Positions 26,242 through 39,254 of a DNA stretch of 64,000 nucleotides are shown in pieces. The translations under genes and the position numbers were made by a program. The stretch comes from Haliotis rubra (lineage: Eukaryota), in NCBI RefSeq assembly GCF_003918875.1, contig NW_025767085.1, positions 682,001 to 746,000 on the forward strand, given 5' to 3'. Every line of letters begins with the position of its first letter. Positions within the stretch are counted from its first letter, which is position 1. A model generated the notes under the pieces. That model was given only the letters and a program-made list of their open reading frames with translations, was not told the DNA's origin and searched no databases.

Positions 26242-27572
26242 GCTATTTACATTTTTAAGTCACAAATAATTACAAAGGAATCAATATGACAATACAAGAG
26301 AGAGTGGCAGTACAAATTCAAGATCAGTGCAAATACACTGGTAATATGATATCAAAATAATAGCAATATAGTGGGTAAGGTTTTACGCCGCTTTTCGCAA
26401 CATTCAAGCAATAAATCGAACCCGTGTCTTGGGGGTGACAAGCGAATGCTTTAACCACAAGGATGCCTAAACTCCTCAATATTAATACAGACTATGATGA
26501 TGACATTAACCTCGATACAAGAGCAGTCAAGCTTCAAACATAGTCCTTTATAGGCTGGGTATCCTAGGTGTCAAATAAGCTTCCCTCAACTGCTGGTCTT
26601 AATGTAATGTGAGATGTGTTGATTGATGACAGAGACAGGCCATAACAACTTCCAGAAGTTTCCTTTCAGGAATATTCCGTGAAACGGTGGGTCAGACTAA
26701 GTAGGAATATTACAGATCCTCCGGAAATTCCCATAACTCCCAGTCTATACATGTACACTACTGTCAATGTAACAGTTACTTATTTACATGATCACTGTTA
26801 CACACTTAACGTCCCACAATCTGGTGTATATACTATTGAAAGAAGACCAACCCATCAACATGTACTGTATGGATTAATGAAGACAATTGAAGTCAAGAAA
26901 GCTAGGATAGCTTGGTCTGTCAACGCGTTTGCTGACGGGATTTAACTCTTTGAGGAAACAAGCACAAACTCGGCATCACTGTCCCGGAACACTTATTAAA
27001 CAAGATATAAACAATGAACAGCAAATAAGCGAAATATATATGTTCAGAAATTACAAGGGCAGCAGCGAGCTAAGGGTCCGGCTAAGACATAAAAAGGTCA
27101 GTCGTCTTCCAACTCAACCTCATTTCTTTCCTACTAAGGCTTTGGTAGAATTCATTCTTCTTGGGGCTTCAAAACTTCAGCAATCCTTTGGCAATGAAAG
27201 TTGGATCTTTACACTGATATATTGAAATATGAACACGAGGGCATGTACTAGTAAACTCAGTTCCAGCTAATGTCAATAGTGAGGGTCCAGCTCAGACATG
27301 AAAGAGGTGAGCCGAGTTACAACTTAACCTCAATGCCTTTCCTACTAGCAGCATATCCTCCTCTCGGTTGAACTTGTTTGTTTTAGGACAGATATTGACC
27401 GAATGAACCATTAATTCCGAACGCTAATTACTATGTTCATTTTAACAATAGCTATCTTGAATTAGTCGATGTTATATGACCATTAAGAAAGAGTAGGATT
27501 GAATTTTGCAAGCATTAACATAGACTTATCACTTTCAACTTACTTATCTCTTGACACATTGATCTCTGCGTG

Positions 27573-28954
27573 GGTCTACTCCCATTTGTGAGAACTCCCA
27601 ATTGTGAGACTCCCAGTTATGAGACAGTGGAGTAGGTAATTAACAAAGTAAACACACCATACTCCCCTGCCTGATAGAATAGATTAACCCTAGCTAATTA
27701 CTGATTTGCTATGAAATTGAATCTTTGGAGGTAACATAATGAAACTTTATAAGATAAATTGATTAACATACTCCGGTAAATGTACTTAAAAATTAAACAC
27801 TTTGTGTAAGTAACTTCATGATCATTTGAAAGAGAAATTAATTTACCTACTCAGATTTACTCCGTCTCCGAAACTACAAGCTATAGTTTAAGAAATAACT
27901 CTGAAATACAAGGAATTTACCGTCGAACTGCCTCTTATGCCAAATCCTTTTTACCCGACACAATAAATTTATGGAACGCCCTACCAAGAGTCATGTAGTC
28001 TCACAGAATTTAAAAACCTAATTACAAAAACCGAAAACAAGATTTATATTGACCTTAATTATGGATCTTGTTTTTGTCAAATCGTCCACTGCCGCCTCAG
28101 GCTCGGATGTAGCGACCTAAACGCCGATAAGTATAACAGACATTTAACAGACAGTCCATGTTGTTCTTGTCGATATCAGAGTGAAAACGCCCTACACTAT
28201 TTCCTCACTTGATAAGAATTAATATGTAGTTTACACTACTCGTTATAACCCGGATACCATTTTGAACGGAAACAAGAATTTACTTCTTGTGTAAACCAGC
28301 AGAAAATAGTTGAATTCGTCCACGATTACATCATCAAGACACAACGCTTAAATTTTCTCAGGAAAATACTTAAATTAACTCAACAACCTTCTCATGATTG
28401 ATGTATATTCCTACAATAGCTTGTTAGACACACACAACTGTAACTCTCTAATTATGACTACTTAGAGAATAGTTGTATTTGATGTAATCTGTATATATTT
28501 ATCTGTAGTTAAAATATATTTATGCAACAGTCAATATCGATGACGTCACATCCTCCATTTCATTTTGTATTTTATGTTGCATGGGAGCAGTGTTAACATA
28601 AGCAGTTATGCTTGTTCACCAATCCCAATTCATTTTCATAAATGATAATAAAATATGTTTAAACCAAAATGACTTTCAAATTTCATAATAGTCAATAAAA
28701 ATGTGTTATCATAATTAATTTACTATTCTCTGAATAAATAAAATATTTAATGAACTATTTCTTCTTTGTAAATAAAATCTTTGATAATCTATTTCATTAA
28801 TCAACTCATCAATGAACTATGGCTCCTGTGGGTACTCTTCAACAACTTGGCTGATCCCACTTTCATTGTAGGGATGTGGAAACACCACCTATGTGCACTG
28901 TACCATTAATTAATGTGTCTCACAACTGGGAGTTCTCACAAATGGGAGGACACC
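27573..28954 (+). mobile_element. Non-autonomous MULE-family element whose interior is occupied by a LINE 3' fragment
   Basis: TIRs GGTCTACTCCCATTTGTGAGAACTCCCA / TGGGAGTTCTCACAAATGGGAGGACACC; TSD TCTGCGTG; ends homologous to the element at 59515-60923. Confidence 0.88.
27861..28650 (+). mobile_element. LINE (CR1/L2-group) ORF2 C-terminus and 3' end
   Basis: SFLPDTINLWNALP, HCRLRLGCSDLN, SPCCSC...ENALHYFL; ends with AATAAAATATGTTTAAACC. Confidence 0.8.
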
Positions 28955-29144
28955 TCTGCGTGTATTGACTACACGTACATCAAATGTCAAATGTCCTGTC
29001 CCTAATAAATTTTGGCAGTGCTAAAAAGGCATTTACAAGCAGTCATAATTACAGTTTCAGAAATCACTCTTCCCTAATATTACATGTGCCTTCTTAATGG
29101 TTGCAATATAACCCAGTATGTTGTAGTTTATTTTGTTTTGATTT

Positions 29145-29372
29145 TAACGCCGAACTAAGCAAAATTCCAGCTACAGGGCGGCTGTCAGTAAATAATCGAG
29201 TCTGGACCAGACAATCCAGTGATCAACAGCATGAGAATCGACCATATTGGGAAACGATGACATGCGTCAGCCACGTTAGTGAGCCTGACCACCCGATCCC
29301 GTTAGTAGCCTCTAACCACAGGCAGGGTTACTGAAGACCAATTCTTACCCGAATCTTCGATGGATCTTCGGG
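29145..29372 (-). mobile_element. SINE family A
   Basis: AATAATCGAGTCTGGACCAGACAATCCAGTGATCAACAGCATGAG...CCACCCGATCCCGTTAGT. Confidence 0.85.
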
Positions 29373-29432
29373 TCTGGGGTATGTTGTAACTGTCTTTGAA
29401 TTCGGTGCGTTTTCAACGTAACGTTCATTATA

Positions 29433-30926
29433 TACTCTCCCAAAAAAGAAACGCATATAGGAATTTCAACTGTATTTTTATGTTTATTTTGAAACATCTT
29501 GCAGGCTTTAAGAGTCAATGAAATATAAAATATATGAAATTGCACACTGGGAATGTAGACTTATCCGTCTTCGGCACCAACTCGAGGAAAGTCAGTTTGA
29601 CTGTCACATGGAGACGTGTGGTGGCGCTGAAGTCAATACCTCGTGTGACCACCGTGGGCATCCAGAACTGCACGGCATCGCCTCGGCATCGAACGAATAA
29701 GTCTCAGAATCTCGTGTTGCCCAATCGCAGCCCACTCTGCCTGTAGTGCCTGTGCGAGTTGCTGAAGTGTCTGGGGCTGATGGTTACGGGGTCGCACCCG
29801 TCTGTCCAGGGCATCCCACAGATGTTGGATTGGGTTTAAGTCCGGTGATCTTGAGGGCCAGGGGAGCACATTGATGTTGTGGTTCTGGAGGAAGTCTCTA
29901 GTGTGACGTGCTGTGTGGGGCCTGGCATTGTCCTGTTGAAACAACTCCCTCTGGCGATCAGTGATCGTAGGATGGGCGTAGGATTTCGTCACAGTACCGT
30001 TGAGCTGTCAGGTTGCCCTGGATCATCACCAATCACTTCTCCTACGGCAGGTAATTTTCTCCCCAAATCATAACACTTCCTCGGCCGAATCTGTCCACCT
30101 GGGGAACGCAAGCGTCGGCGAAACGTTCATGTCGACGTCTGTACACCCGCATTCCTCCATCGCGTCGTTCCAATAGAAATCGTGATTCATCACTGAACCA
30201 GATTCTACGCCAATTCGGTCAGTTCCAGGCCTGAACGTTGGTGCACCATTGAACTCGATGTCGACGATGTTGTTGTCGAAGCACAGGGCCAAAATAAGGT
30301 CTTCTGGCACGTAAACCAGACTCTCTCAACCTGTTCCTGACGGTCTGTGCAGAAAGCCTCCACAATCCGGGTATTTGTCGAGCGGTACTGGTCGCCGTAG
30401 CTGTTCGATGACGCAGGTGATGTAGCGATCCTGCGCCGCAGTGGTCGCTCGGGGTCGCCCACTACGAGGGGCATCTGCATCTCCCAGAGCCGTGAAATGG
30501 TGCTTTGGTGAACATTCATGCGTCGGGCAACTGCACGTTGAGACTGGCCAGCTTCAAGCAAACCAATGGCGATATGACGGTTGGCTTCACTTAGACGTGG
30601 CATTTTGCGTTCGTCAACAATATTCCAAATACAGTGAATAATCGACAGATAGCGATCAACCTTTTATACCCATCACTGAGACTATCTGATTCCCAACTTT
30701 CACGTACATTGCATGTGAATTGTGTATTCTGTGACACTACACGCCGAAATTAAAAATCATGCTGTTAAATACGGGTATTCTACGGATGGTGCGTTTTGTT
30801 GTGATGTTTCAAAACATAAACATAGGACTCATAAACAGAGCAAAACCTTTTGTAAAATGAATCATGTTTTAATTCATTTGCTACATGAAATTGCTATTTT
30901 CATGATGCGTTTCTTTTGGGAGAGTA
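29433..30926 (-). mobile_element. Tc1/mariner element with TIRs; frameshifted and deleted transposase (29633-30603)
   Basis: TIR TACTCTCCCAAAA(AA)GAAACGCAT with TA flanks; MPRLSEANRHIAIG, FQQDNARPH, WPSRSPDLNPIQHLW, GGHTRY. Confidence 0.95.
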
Positions 30927-31029
30927 TATATTCATTATATGTGTTATGCATTGTCTTCAGCAAAAGCTTTGATAGAAATCATTCTTCATCGGGCTTCCAA
31001 TTGTCAGCTTTCCTTTGAAATATTAATGG

Positions 31030-31293
31030 GTGAGTGAGTGAATGAGTTTTACGCCGCACCTAGCAATATTCCAGCTATATGGTGGCGGTCTGTAAATAAT
31101 CGAGTCTGGACCAGACAGTCCAGTGATCAAGAGCATGAGCATCGATCTGCGCAATTGGGAACCGATGACATGTGTCAACCAAGTCATCGAGCCTGACCAC
31201 CCGATCCCGTTAGTCGCCTCTTACGACAAGCAGAGTCACCTTTTGTGGGAAGCATGGGTTGCTGAAGACCTATTCTACCCCGGATCTTCTCGC
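31030..31293 (-). mobile_element. SINE family A, full length
   Basis: (GAGT)n tail and Nin-like core TTAGTCGCCTCTTACGACAAGCA. Confidence 0.9.
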
Positions 31294-31405
31294 GTCGCAA
31301 ATTTAATGAAAGCAGGTTAGATATTTACAATAGTTGTCATTTCATTGAAGTATGAACACACCCGGGCGTGTATTAGTAAATTCAGTTCCAACTAATGTCA
31401 TCAGA

Positions 31406-31575
31406 GAGTGAGTGATTGAGTATGGTTTTACGCCGCTTTTAGCAATATTGAAGCAATATCACGGCGATGAACACCAGAAATGGGCACCACACACTATACC
31501 CATGTTGGGAATCGAACCACTGTCTTCGACGTGACGAGCAAACACTATAACGACTAGGCTAACCCCACCGCCCCT
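31406..31575 (-). mobile_element. SINE family B, full length
   Basis: tRNA-like head (GGGAATCGAACC) and the same 3' tail as family A. Confidence 0.88.
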
Positions 31576-32403
31576 AAGTGACGCGTTGCATTTATACAGT
31601 GTCGTGTTCGATTAGGTGATGCCACCACTGTAAGCGGTAGTTTAAGAAAACATGAACATTTTCAACGTATTTCATTTCTACCCGTCAACTTTAAGACTAA
31701 AGGGATTATAAATGGGAACGATTTAGTTTTAAGATTATGGACTTACCATCGTTCAGCAGAGGTCTGCAGTGTTTTGAATTATTTATTTACGCTACACACA
31801 TTTATACGTCCCTGGTCGTCACAACATCTTACGTGGGTTAGCTTTTACAATAAATCATTTAGTTTAGCATTCCCTTCTCATCTGAGGATTACCTGACCAC
31901 TTTCTCTTCACCACTTTTTTAGTCACCCAAAAGTTTGATATAAAGTTTATGTTTCTCGTGAAATAGTGTTAAGTTTTTCCTCGGTAAACATCAGATTAAC
32001 TAAAAAATATACATGTATTTACTGAGGACATAAACGTGACATAAAATTGAAGTGAACTGATTGAATGTATTGTATGAGAGACAGGTTCTATAATTTTGTT
32101 CTGTGTAAATAAAACCACCCACTTTCGAGTGTTTTCTATGTCGTTAACATTCATTATTGGTAGATTTTAAAACTCTGCAGTCATATATTTTTCATTAAAA
32201 CCCGTTCAACTCCGCATAGCCATATTTTACCGTTTAACATTTGTGAGTTGTTTTAATATGTATGCCCTGTTACTAAATATTTTATTTCTGAAATGAATGT
32301 AACTAGTTGAGATATCAACAATATAAATCTGCCTGTCTGACAGCTTTAAAGCTTTTGCTATTATTGAAAATGTTTATTGAAGTGTCTCGCTGTCTGGTAT
32401 TAC

Positions 32404-32673
32404 GACCCGTGAAGATCCGGGGTAGAATAGGTCTTCAGCAACCCATGTGATTGCCATAAAAGGCGACTATGCTTGTTGTAAGAGGCGACTAACGGGATCG
32501 GGTGGTCAGTTTCGCTGACTTGGTTGACACATGTCATCGGTTCCAAATTGTGCAGATCGATGCTCATGCTGTTGATCACTGGATTGTCTGGTCCAGACTC
32601 GATTATTTACAGACCGCAGCCATATAGCTGGGATATTGCTGAGTGCGGCGTAAAACTAAACTCACTCACTCAC
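32404..32673 (+). mobile_element. SINE family A, full length with TSD
   Basis: 12-bp TSD GTCTGGTATTAC; GACCCGTGAAGATCCGGG head; (ACTC)n tail. Confidence 0.93.
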
Positions 32674-32795
32674 GTCTGGTATTACAATTATTGGTATGGT
32701 GTCTGATATAACGGCAACCACTCAAGTGTATGATATACAGGTACGTAGCAGTGTACAAAACAATGTGCCACCATGCTCCCAGGGTAAAGACCATC

Positions 32796-33245
32796 TCTCC
32801 CAGAGCCGTGAAATGGTGCTTTGGTGAACATTCATGCGTCGGGCAACTGCACGTTGAGACTGGCCAGCTTCAAGCAAACCAATGGCGATATGACGGTTGG
32901 CTTCACTTAGACGTGGCATTTTGCTTTCAGTAACAATATTCCAAATACAGTGAATAATCGACAGACAGCGATCAACCTTTTATACCCATCATTGAGACTA
33001 TCTGATCCCCAACGTTCACGTACATTGCATGTGAATTGTGTATTCTGTGACACTACACGCCGAAATTAAAAATCATGCTGTTAAATACGGGTATTCTACG
33101 GATGGTGCGTTTTGTTGTGATGTTTCAAAACATAAACACCATAGGACTCATAAACAGAGCAAAACCTTTTGTAAAATGAATCACGTTTTAATTCATTGCT
33201 ACATGAAATTGCTATTTTCATAATGCGTTTCATTTTGGGAGAGTA
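32796..33245 (-). mobile_element. 5' half-copy of the Tc1 element at 29433-30926
   Basis: Near-identical to 30480-30926, including TIR and MPRLSEANRHIAIG...ISRLWE. Confidence 0.92.
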
Positions 33246-34282
33246 CATATATACATGTACATATATACATCGGCAATACGTTTTGCTTGTTTGATCCAGT
33301 TAACCGGACGCCTGGCTATCCGGACGATTTCTGAGTGTAACCAAAGAGTACGGATAAACGGGGTTCGACTGTACATCGAACAAACATGAAAACACTTAAT
33401 GTCGTACGATCGGATTAATGATGTAGAATGGGACTTAGTCATACAGTATATAGTTTTGTTATTACGGATGAAGCATTTGCAGACCTCAGTCTGCTTTTGT
33501 CCAAATAAAAAACCCAAACCTGTCTCTTGAAACGATTACGATTAAATGTGAATTAGCACATGAGTATGTCGTATCGCATTATCAAGTTGCCGTACTTGAA
33601 CACGCTTTCTTTTGGCTTACCTTGTTGTAGCATTCAACACATACTAGTGACGTTTGACCCTAATTCTTAGAACTAAGGACTGTTATGCGAATCAGCTACC
33701 ATATGTTTACCGTACACGTAGCAGGGTTAGCGTATCATAGTGAAGGTAAATAAAAACCCGGATATTGAAGTCAATGAACGTTTTCTAATCCTTTACAATC
33801 TGATGTCTTTTGATTGTCAATAGGTTTGTCCTCGGTATAAATATTCCGGTTCTGTTTATGACATGACAAATAAATACATAACGATACATTAATGGCATAT
33901 TTCACACATGAATTGAGAAGTCAACGAACTTGTTAAATGAGGTGATCGGACAAGACACACAACCCAGTGATCAACAGCATAAGCATCGATCTACGCAATT
34001 GGGATACGATGGGACACCATATGAACAACCATCCACTGCCATTGTATTAACCCCAGGAAGCAGGAATATTGTTGTGTTAAATAATCCCAAACCCATAAAA
34101 CACCTTTATGGTACGTAGTCGGTTCACGTAATGGTCTATGTTCTGAAATACGTCTTGGATAAATTGGCGAGAAAACCTTTCATTTATCATTTTATATCAT
34201 TTCCCATTTTGACTGTGTTTGAAGCAGGCTGCATTACTATGTACAATTGTCCTGATATTTTAAGTCAAATATCAAATTACAG

Positions 34283-34385
34283 GTCTTATTTTCGGGGATA
34301 ACTGCGTCGAAGATTCAGTCTGTTTGGACAGTCTGTATTTGGCTGTTATCAATCTACAGTCAGGAGACTTCAGTGGCTATTGTCG
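34283..34385 (+). CDS. Gene B exon 2 (signal peptide end and first half of domain 1)
   Basis: ttacag| ... |gtaagt; GLIFGDNCVEDSVC...SGYC; phase 1 to 2. Confidence 0.87.
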
Positions 34386-35400
34386 GTAAGTCACAGACAT
34401 AGTAAGTCAGGTCTACTACTGTCTGTAGCCAGCAGACTGTGGTGGTCACAGTCGGTAAGTCACAGATCAAGAACCGGCTGCCAGGAGTCAACAGACTGCA
34501 GCAGTGTTAAACTAGTAAGTTACAGACATAGACCCTGCTATCTGTAGTCAGCAGACTATGGAGGTCACAGTCGGTAAGTCACGGACCTAGACCCAACTGT
34601 CTATAGTTAACAGACGTCTATGGTGTAACAGACTATGGTGGTGTAAATCGGTAAGTCACAGACCTAGACCTCAACTGTCTATAGTTGTTAACAGACTATG
34701 GTGGTGTAAATCGGTAAGTCAGACAGACCTAGAGTCAACTGTCTATAGTTAACAGACGATGGTGGTGTAAATCGGTAAGTCACAGACCTAGACCTAACTG
34801 TCTATAGTTGTTAACAGACTATGGTGGTGTAAATCGGTAAGTCACAGACCTAGAGCCAACTGTCTATAGTTAACAGACTATGGTGGTGTAAATCGATAAG
34901 TCACAGACTTAGACCCAACTGTCTATAGTAAACAGACGGTGGTGTAAATCGGTAAGTCACAGACCTAGACCTAACTGTCTATAGTTGTTAACAGACTATG
35001 GTGGTGTAAATCGGTAAGTCACAGACCTAGAGCCAACTGTCTATAGTTGGTAACAGACTATGGTGGTGTAAATCGATAAGTCACAGACTTAGCGTCAACT
35101 GTCTATAGTTAACAGACGATGGTGTAAATCGGTAAGTCACAGACCTAGAGCCAACTGTCTATAGTTGGTAACAGACTATGGTGGTGTAAATCGGTAAGTC
35201 ACAGACTTAGAGCCAACTGTCTACAGTTAACAGACTGTGGTGGTGTAAATCGGTAAGTCACAGACCTAGACCCAACAATCCTGTCAGATGTCCGAATGTG
35301 AAAATGTTGTTTGTGACGTAGCCCAAACTGTCTACATGTATAAGATCTCAGTGAACACTGTCGGTAGGTCAGCTGTCTACAGTCAGAAGACTACAGCGGA
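34380..35400. repeat. About 58-62-bp minisatellite derived from the exon 2 end and donor site of gene B
   Basis: Unit CGGTAAGTCACAGACCTAGACCCAACTGTCTATAGTTAACAGACTATGGTGGTGTAAAT, about 16 copies. Confidence 0.93.
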
Positions 35401-35608
35401 TACTATACACTGTATATATATTAAGTCGATGTAGTACTGGATATATGAGTCAAGCCAACTTTTCATTTGTTGCCATGCGAAATTAACATATACAAAATGA
35501 TCTATAGGTAAAATTGACATTCATGATATGTAAAATATGAATATGTTAGCACATGAACTTAGCCGTACTGTCTCACGTTAAAGATATTTTACGCTACTTT
35601 CCTTTCAG

Positions 35609-35721
35609 CAACTCAGAGTCGTATGTAGCGTGTTCGGAAACATCCCTTGTTGGTTGTAACAGAAAAACCTCGAACTTAGTCAAGCACACCCGAAACACAC
35701 AAGCCGTTTACTGCGCAAGTG
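35609..35721 (+). CDS. Gene B exon 3 (second half of domain 1)
   Basis: ctttcctttcag| ... |gtacgt; RNSESYVACSETSLVGC...VYCAS; phase 2 to 1. Confidence 0.87.
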
Positions 35722-36144
35722 GTACGTATTTGTTTGTTTCCAACCCATGACTATCACGCGAACGTATAAAACTATATGTAACATGTGGTCAACATCTGAA
35801 ACAGTATACCGTTTTGGACATGGCCGCGGTACAACTTTCTGAGGGAGGAAAACCCCATGGCGCACAGCTCTTGGACATTTACCTCTTCGGTGAAACCTTC
35901 AAACGCCGAAATTTACAGAACTTCAAACAACAGACATCAATATGAGTTTTACATCATAAGCGACTATTACAGTTAAAGGTGTTAAGTACGTTTCGGTGTG
36001 CGAGTTAACGCACAAAACGCACACGCAAAATCATTAAAGCACACACACCGACAGGTTGTTAACCATTTAACTCTAATACCAGTTGTTCGTCTCTCGATCT
36101 GCAGATACAGCGGTATCTTATTAACATCTTTGAGTTATGAAATA

Positions 36145-36540
36145 TCCTTGTTATTATGCCTAGTTTTGAAGAATGTACTTATATTGTGTCTAGTTTTGAA
36201 GAACGGATGGGTCTGGTGTAAGCAATGAAAGTTTCCTTGTACTTATGTCTAGTTTTGAGGAATAAATGAATCTGGTGTAAGCAATCAAAGTTTCCTTGCA
36301 CTTATGTCTAGTTTTGAAGAATGTACTTATGTCTAGTTTTGAAGAATGGGCGGGTCTGGTGTTAGCAAAAGAACTTTCCTTGATCTTATGTCTAGTTTTG
36401 AAGAATGGGCGGGTCTGGTGTTAGCAAAAGAACTTTCCTTGATCTTATGTCTAGTTTTGAAGAATGTACTTATGTCTAGTTTTGAAGAATGTACTTATGT
36501 CAAGTTTTGTTTATGTCAAGAATGGATGTGTCTGGTGTTA
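36145..36540. repeat. Degenerate minisatellite (CTTATGTCTAGTTTTGAAGAATG core)
   Basis: About 10 copies of the core with 23-bp and about 60-bp periodicities. Confidence 0.85.
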
Positions 36541-36772
36541 ACGATATTCCAGTACGATCACAGCTGGGGACACCAGCAATGGGTTCCACGCATGTGGAAA
36601 ATCGAGTTTAGAGGTGACACTACTTCGCTTCAACTCCAATGTTACCTCCCCCTATTGGTAATTTATGCCACAATAAAGCAAAGATTAAATTCCATGTACT
36701 TTACAGGTACTGTGGAAGTAACAAAGCATGTAGTGTCTGCTGTGTGTCTGAATGTGTCGTTATGTCTTCCAG

Positions 36773-36860
36773 GAAGCAACCCTGGCTACCTGGAGTGCCA
36801 GACACGCCGCAGTGTGTGCGAGGCAATATACGACCAGTTCCAGTCCCTGTCACTGTGCAG
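36773..36860 (+). CDS. Gene B exon 4 (first half of domain 2)
   Basis: tcttccag| ... |gtactg; GSNPGYLECQTRRSVC...SLC; phase 1 to 2. Confidence 0.87.
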
Positions 36861-37295
36861 GTACTGTGCCATAGTGAAAGAGCGACTTAATGAGTCGCAA
36901 CGATGTTTCATTATATTAGGCGTCAGTGTAATGTGTAAGGACATTCTAGATTCAAGCAGTACTCGTTTATTCCTTTTCCTGAATCGTAGACAACTACAGG
37001 AGCATGACCAGATGTCACAAGACGCAGGACACTTGTATCCTAATACATTCAGCAGCAATTCAAGTAACCCAAACATCATTTCACAGGCACTGCCCCGACA
37101 CTGTATTAAGTTACCTACCCTGAAATTAATGGAAAACGAGCCATTGTGCATGAACATATTGATTTACGTCATTTCAACATGTTGTTATTGAACCAATGGG
37201 GGGCTTATTGTGAGATATCAGTCAGTTTGAAATATTATATCTGACATATCTGCTTTGTGTATCGACAATTAATGCATGAAATGTTTTGGTCACAG

Positions 37296-37411
37296 TGATC
37301 TGGATCGATATGTTGTGTGTGTTCTACGTGACCTGTCATCATGTCACCAATCAACCTTCAACACCACGTCTATGACTCAAGCATTGAAGGAGAGTGCTAC
37401 TTTGTCCTGTG
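37296..37411 (+). CDS. Gene B exon 5 (second half of domain 2)
   Basis: gtcacag| ... |gtaaga; SDLDRYVVCVLRDLSSC...LSC; phase 2 to 1. Confidence 0.87.
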
Positions 37412-38017
37412 GTAAGAGATATGCAAACTGCCATTGATTAAAGATGTGATGGGTAAATTTCTATTTTTCCCAGAGAGCCATGTGGGACATTTTTGAAGAC
37501 AAACACGTGAAAGGAACATTTTTTCAGAATGTTAAGGTTGGGTTACATTTGGGCCCGGGTTATATTTCAGTTACGGTGAGGTTTAGGGTGACTGAGTCTA
37601 GTTTTACGCCGCTGATATTCAGCTATATCACCGCGGGGTAGGGATTAAGGGTAATGCTAAGTTAGCAGACTGACACTTGTCCGAATTACAAGATACATGT
37701 ATATGATTACATATCTCGGTTTAAGTATCAATGCATAACGACATATAAAACATCTTTGACGTAATGTGCTATTCTGCTTAATAGATGTGTCCTTTACATA
37801 TTTTAGTCGAATACTGATAATAATTAATATTTTCTTATATTTTCACTTAACTTTATGTCAAACAATCAGCAAACGTTCTTAACAGTTTAAGGAAAGATAA
37901 AGAACTGGTTCGACCAAGTGTTGAAGTGATAAAACGGAATCTTCATCTTGTTTACACACTTACTCAGAATCCGTTAAACGTATAAAGCCGGGAAGCGTAA
38001 TGGGTAGTCTAGTAATG

Positions 38018-38188
38018 GAGTGAGTGAGCGAGTTTAGTTTTACACCGCTTTTAGCAATATTCCAGCAATATAATTGCGGAGGCCACCACAAATCGGGCTT
38101 CACACATAAGTCCTATGTGGGGAATCGAACTCGGGTCTTCGGCGTGACGAGCGAACGCTTTAACCACTGCACTAGGCTACCCAACCAC
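38018..38188 (-). mobile_element. SINE family B
   Basis: GGGGAATCGAACTCGGGTCTTCGGCGTGACGAGCGAACGCTTTAACCAC. Confidence 0.9.
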
Positions 38189-38269
38189 CTGAACACCATG
38201 TTGATGTAGTGATATCTTAAAGGTGACGTGCACATTGCTCCTCCCTAGATGTGATTATTTCCCCTATAG

Positions 38270-38372
38270 GTGCTGGGAACGCATCGTGCGCTGTGCAGTA
38301 CATCATGTGCCAGACTACGTCACTCCTGGTCACCCAGAGTCTGGAGGTCAACAATTTGGATGGCTTCTGCAG
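38270..38372 (+). CDS. Gene B exon 6 (first half of domain 3)
   Basis: ttcccctatag| ... |gtgtgt; GAGNASCAVQYIMC...DGFC; same length (103 nt) as exon 2. Confidence 0.86.
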
Positions 38373-39254
38373 GTGTGTCTGAACGTTAGGCACCAAACAG
38401 GAACTTACTTTATTACGAAAATTATGTCAGTTCCGGATGGAACCGGTAAGCAGGACAGGTATATCTTTTTTGCAAATACCCGGTGCCATCCCTGATATTA
38501 AGTGTTCTATTAAAATTTCGTCTCTATTTTCTATGATGCTCAATGCTTTCTCAAAACACGGAACAGTGCATTAGGAAATTCATGTACATGAATGTTCATT
38601 CGTGCCAACACAGTAACTTCTGATATGGAAATTCAGAGTAACTTTAAATTAAATCGTAAATTCCAAAAACACTTGTGTACAAGTGAAGAGATTCGGCAGC
38701 ACATTATTACATACACAAATTTTAGAATTCCTTTTGAATCATCCGAACGAAAGTGACGCTCACACGAGGTGAGGTTAAGTGTAAGTAGTATCATACAACA
38801 TAACAGAAGAAACCCGATCATATTTCGAATGACGCGTCCTTTTGAAGGCATCCGTCTGTTACTTTCAACAATAGTGTAAACGAGCTATGTGTCAACTTGG
38901 GCGTGAATGAATGGGCCTGAATTGACGTTTTTGTTAATGTCCTACACATGTCATTCAACCAGTACGTTCTCGGTGAGGATTTGCTATGTAGCTTTGATTT
39001 CTAACTGTTACATATGCCTGAAAGAGGTATGTGTTACGTGAAGGCACTTCTTCATTAAGTTCATGACTAAAGTTCGTTCTGCAAAAAAGAAATCTGCACC
39101 TTTCTATTTAGGTTGATACTTTTGCAGCCAACACCTCATGGTATATTCTTTTTAAAACAGCTACATTTAAGTTCACTTTGCTGAAGCTATTACCTATGCA
39201 GCTTGTATGGTCCTATTGTGAGCCATGCTTAAAACTTTAGTGTGTGTGTGAGAG

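Noticed and set aside
34380-35400. CRISPR-like regular repeat array
   Set aside because: No unique spacers, eukaryotic context and no cas genes; it is a minisatellite. The same applies to the other arrays.
36346-37191. 281-aa ORF
   Set aside because: Only 36773-36860 (exon 4) is supported; the rest is minisatellite and intron read-through.
38223-38495. ORF-track frame RCWERIVRCAVHH for exon 6, and similarly EVLRITT for exon 8
   Set aside because: Wrong frames; the alternative frames preserve phase and the repeated cysteine pattern.
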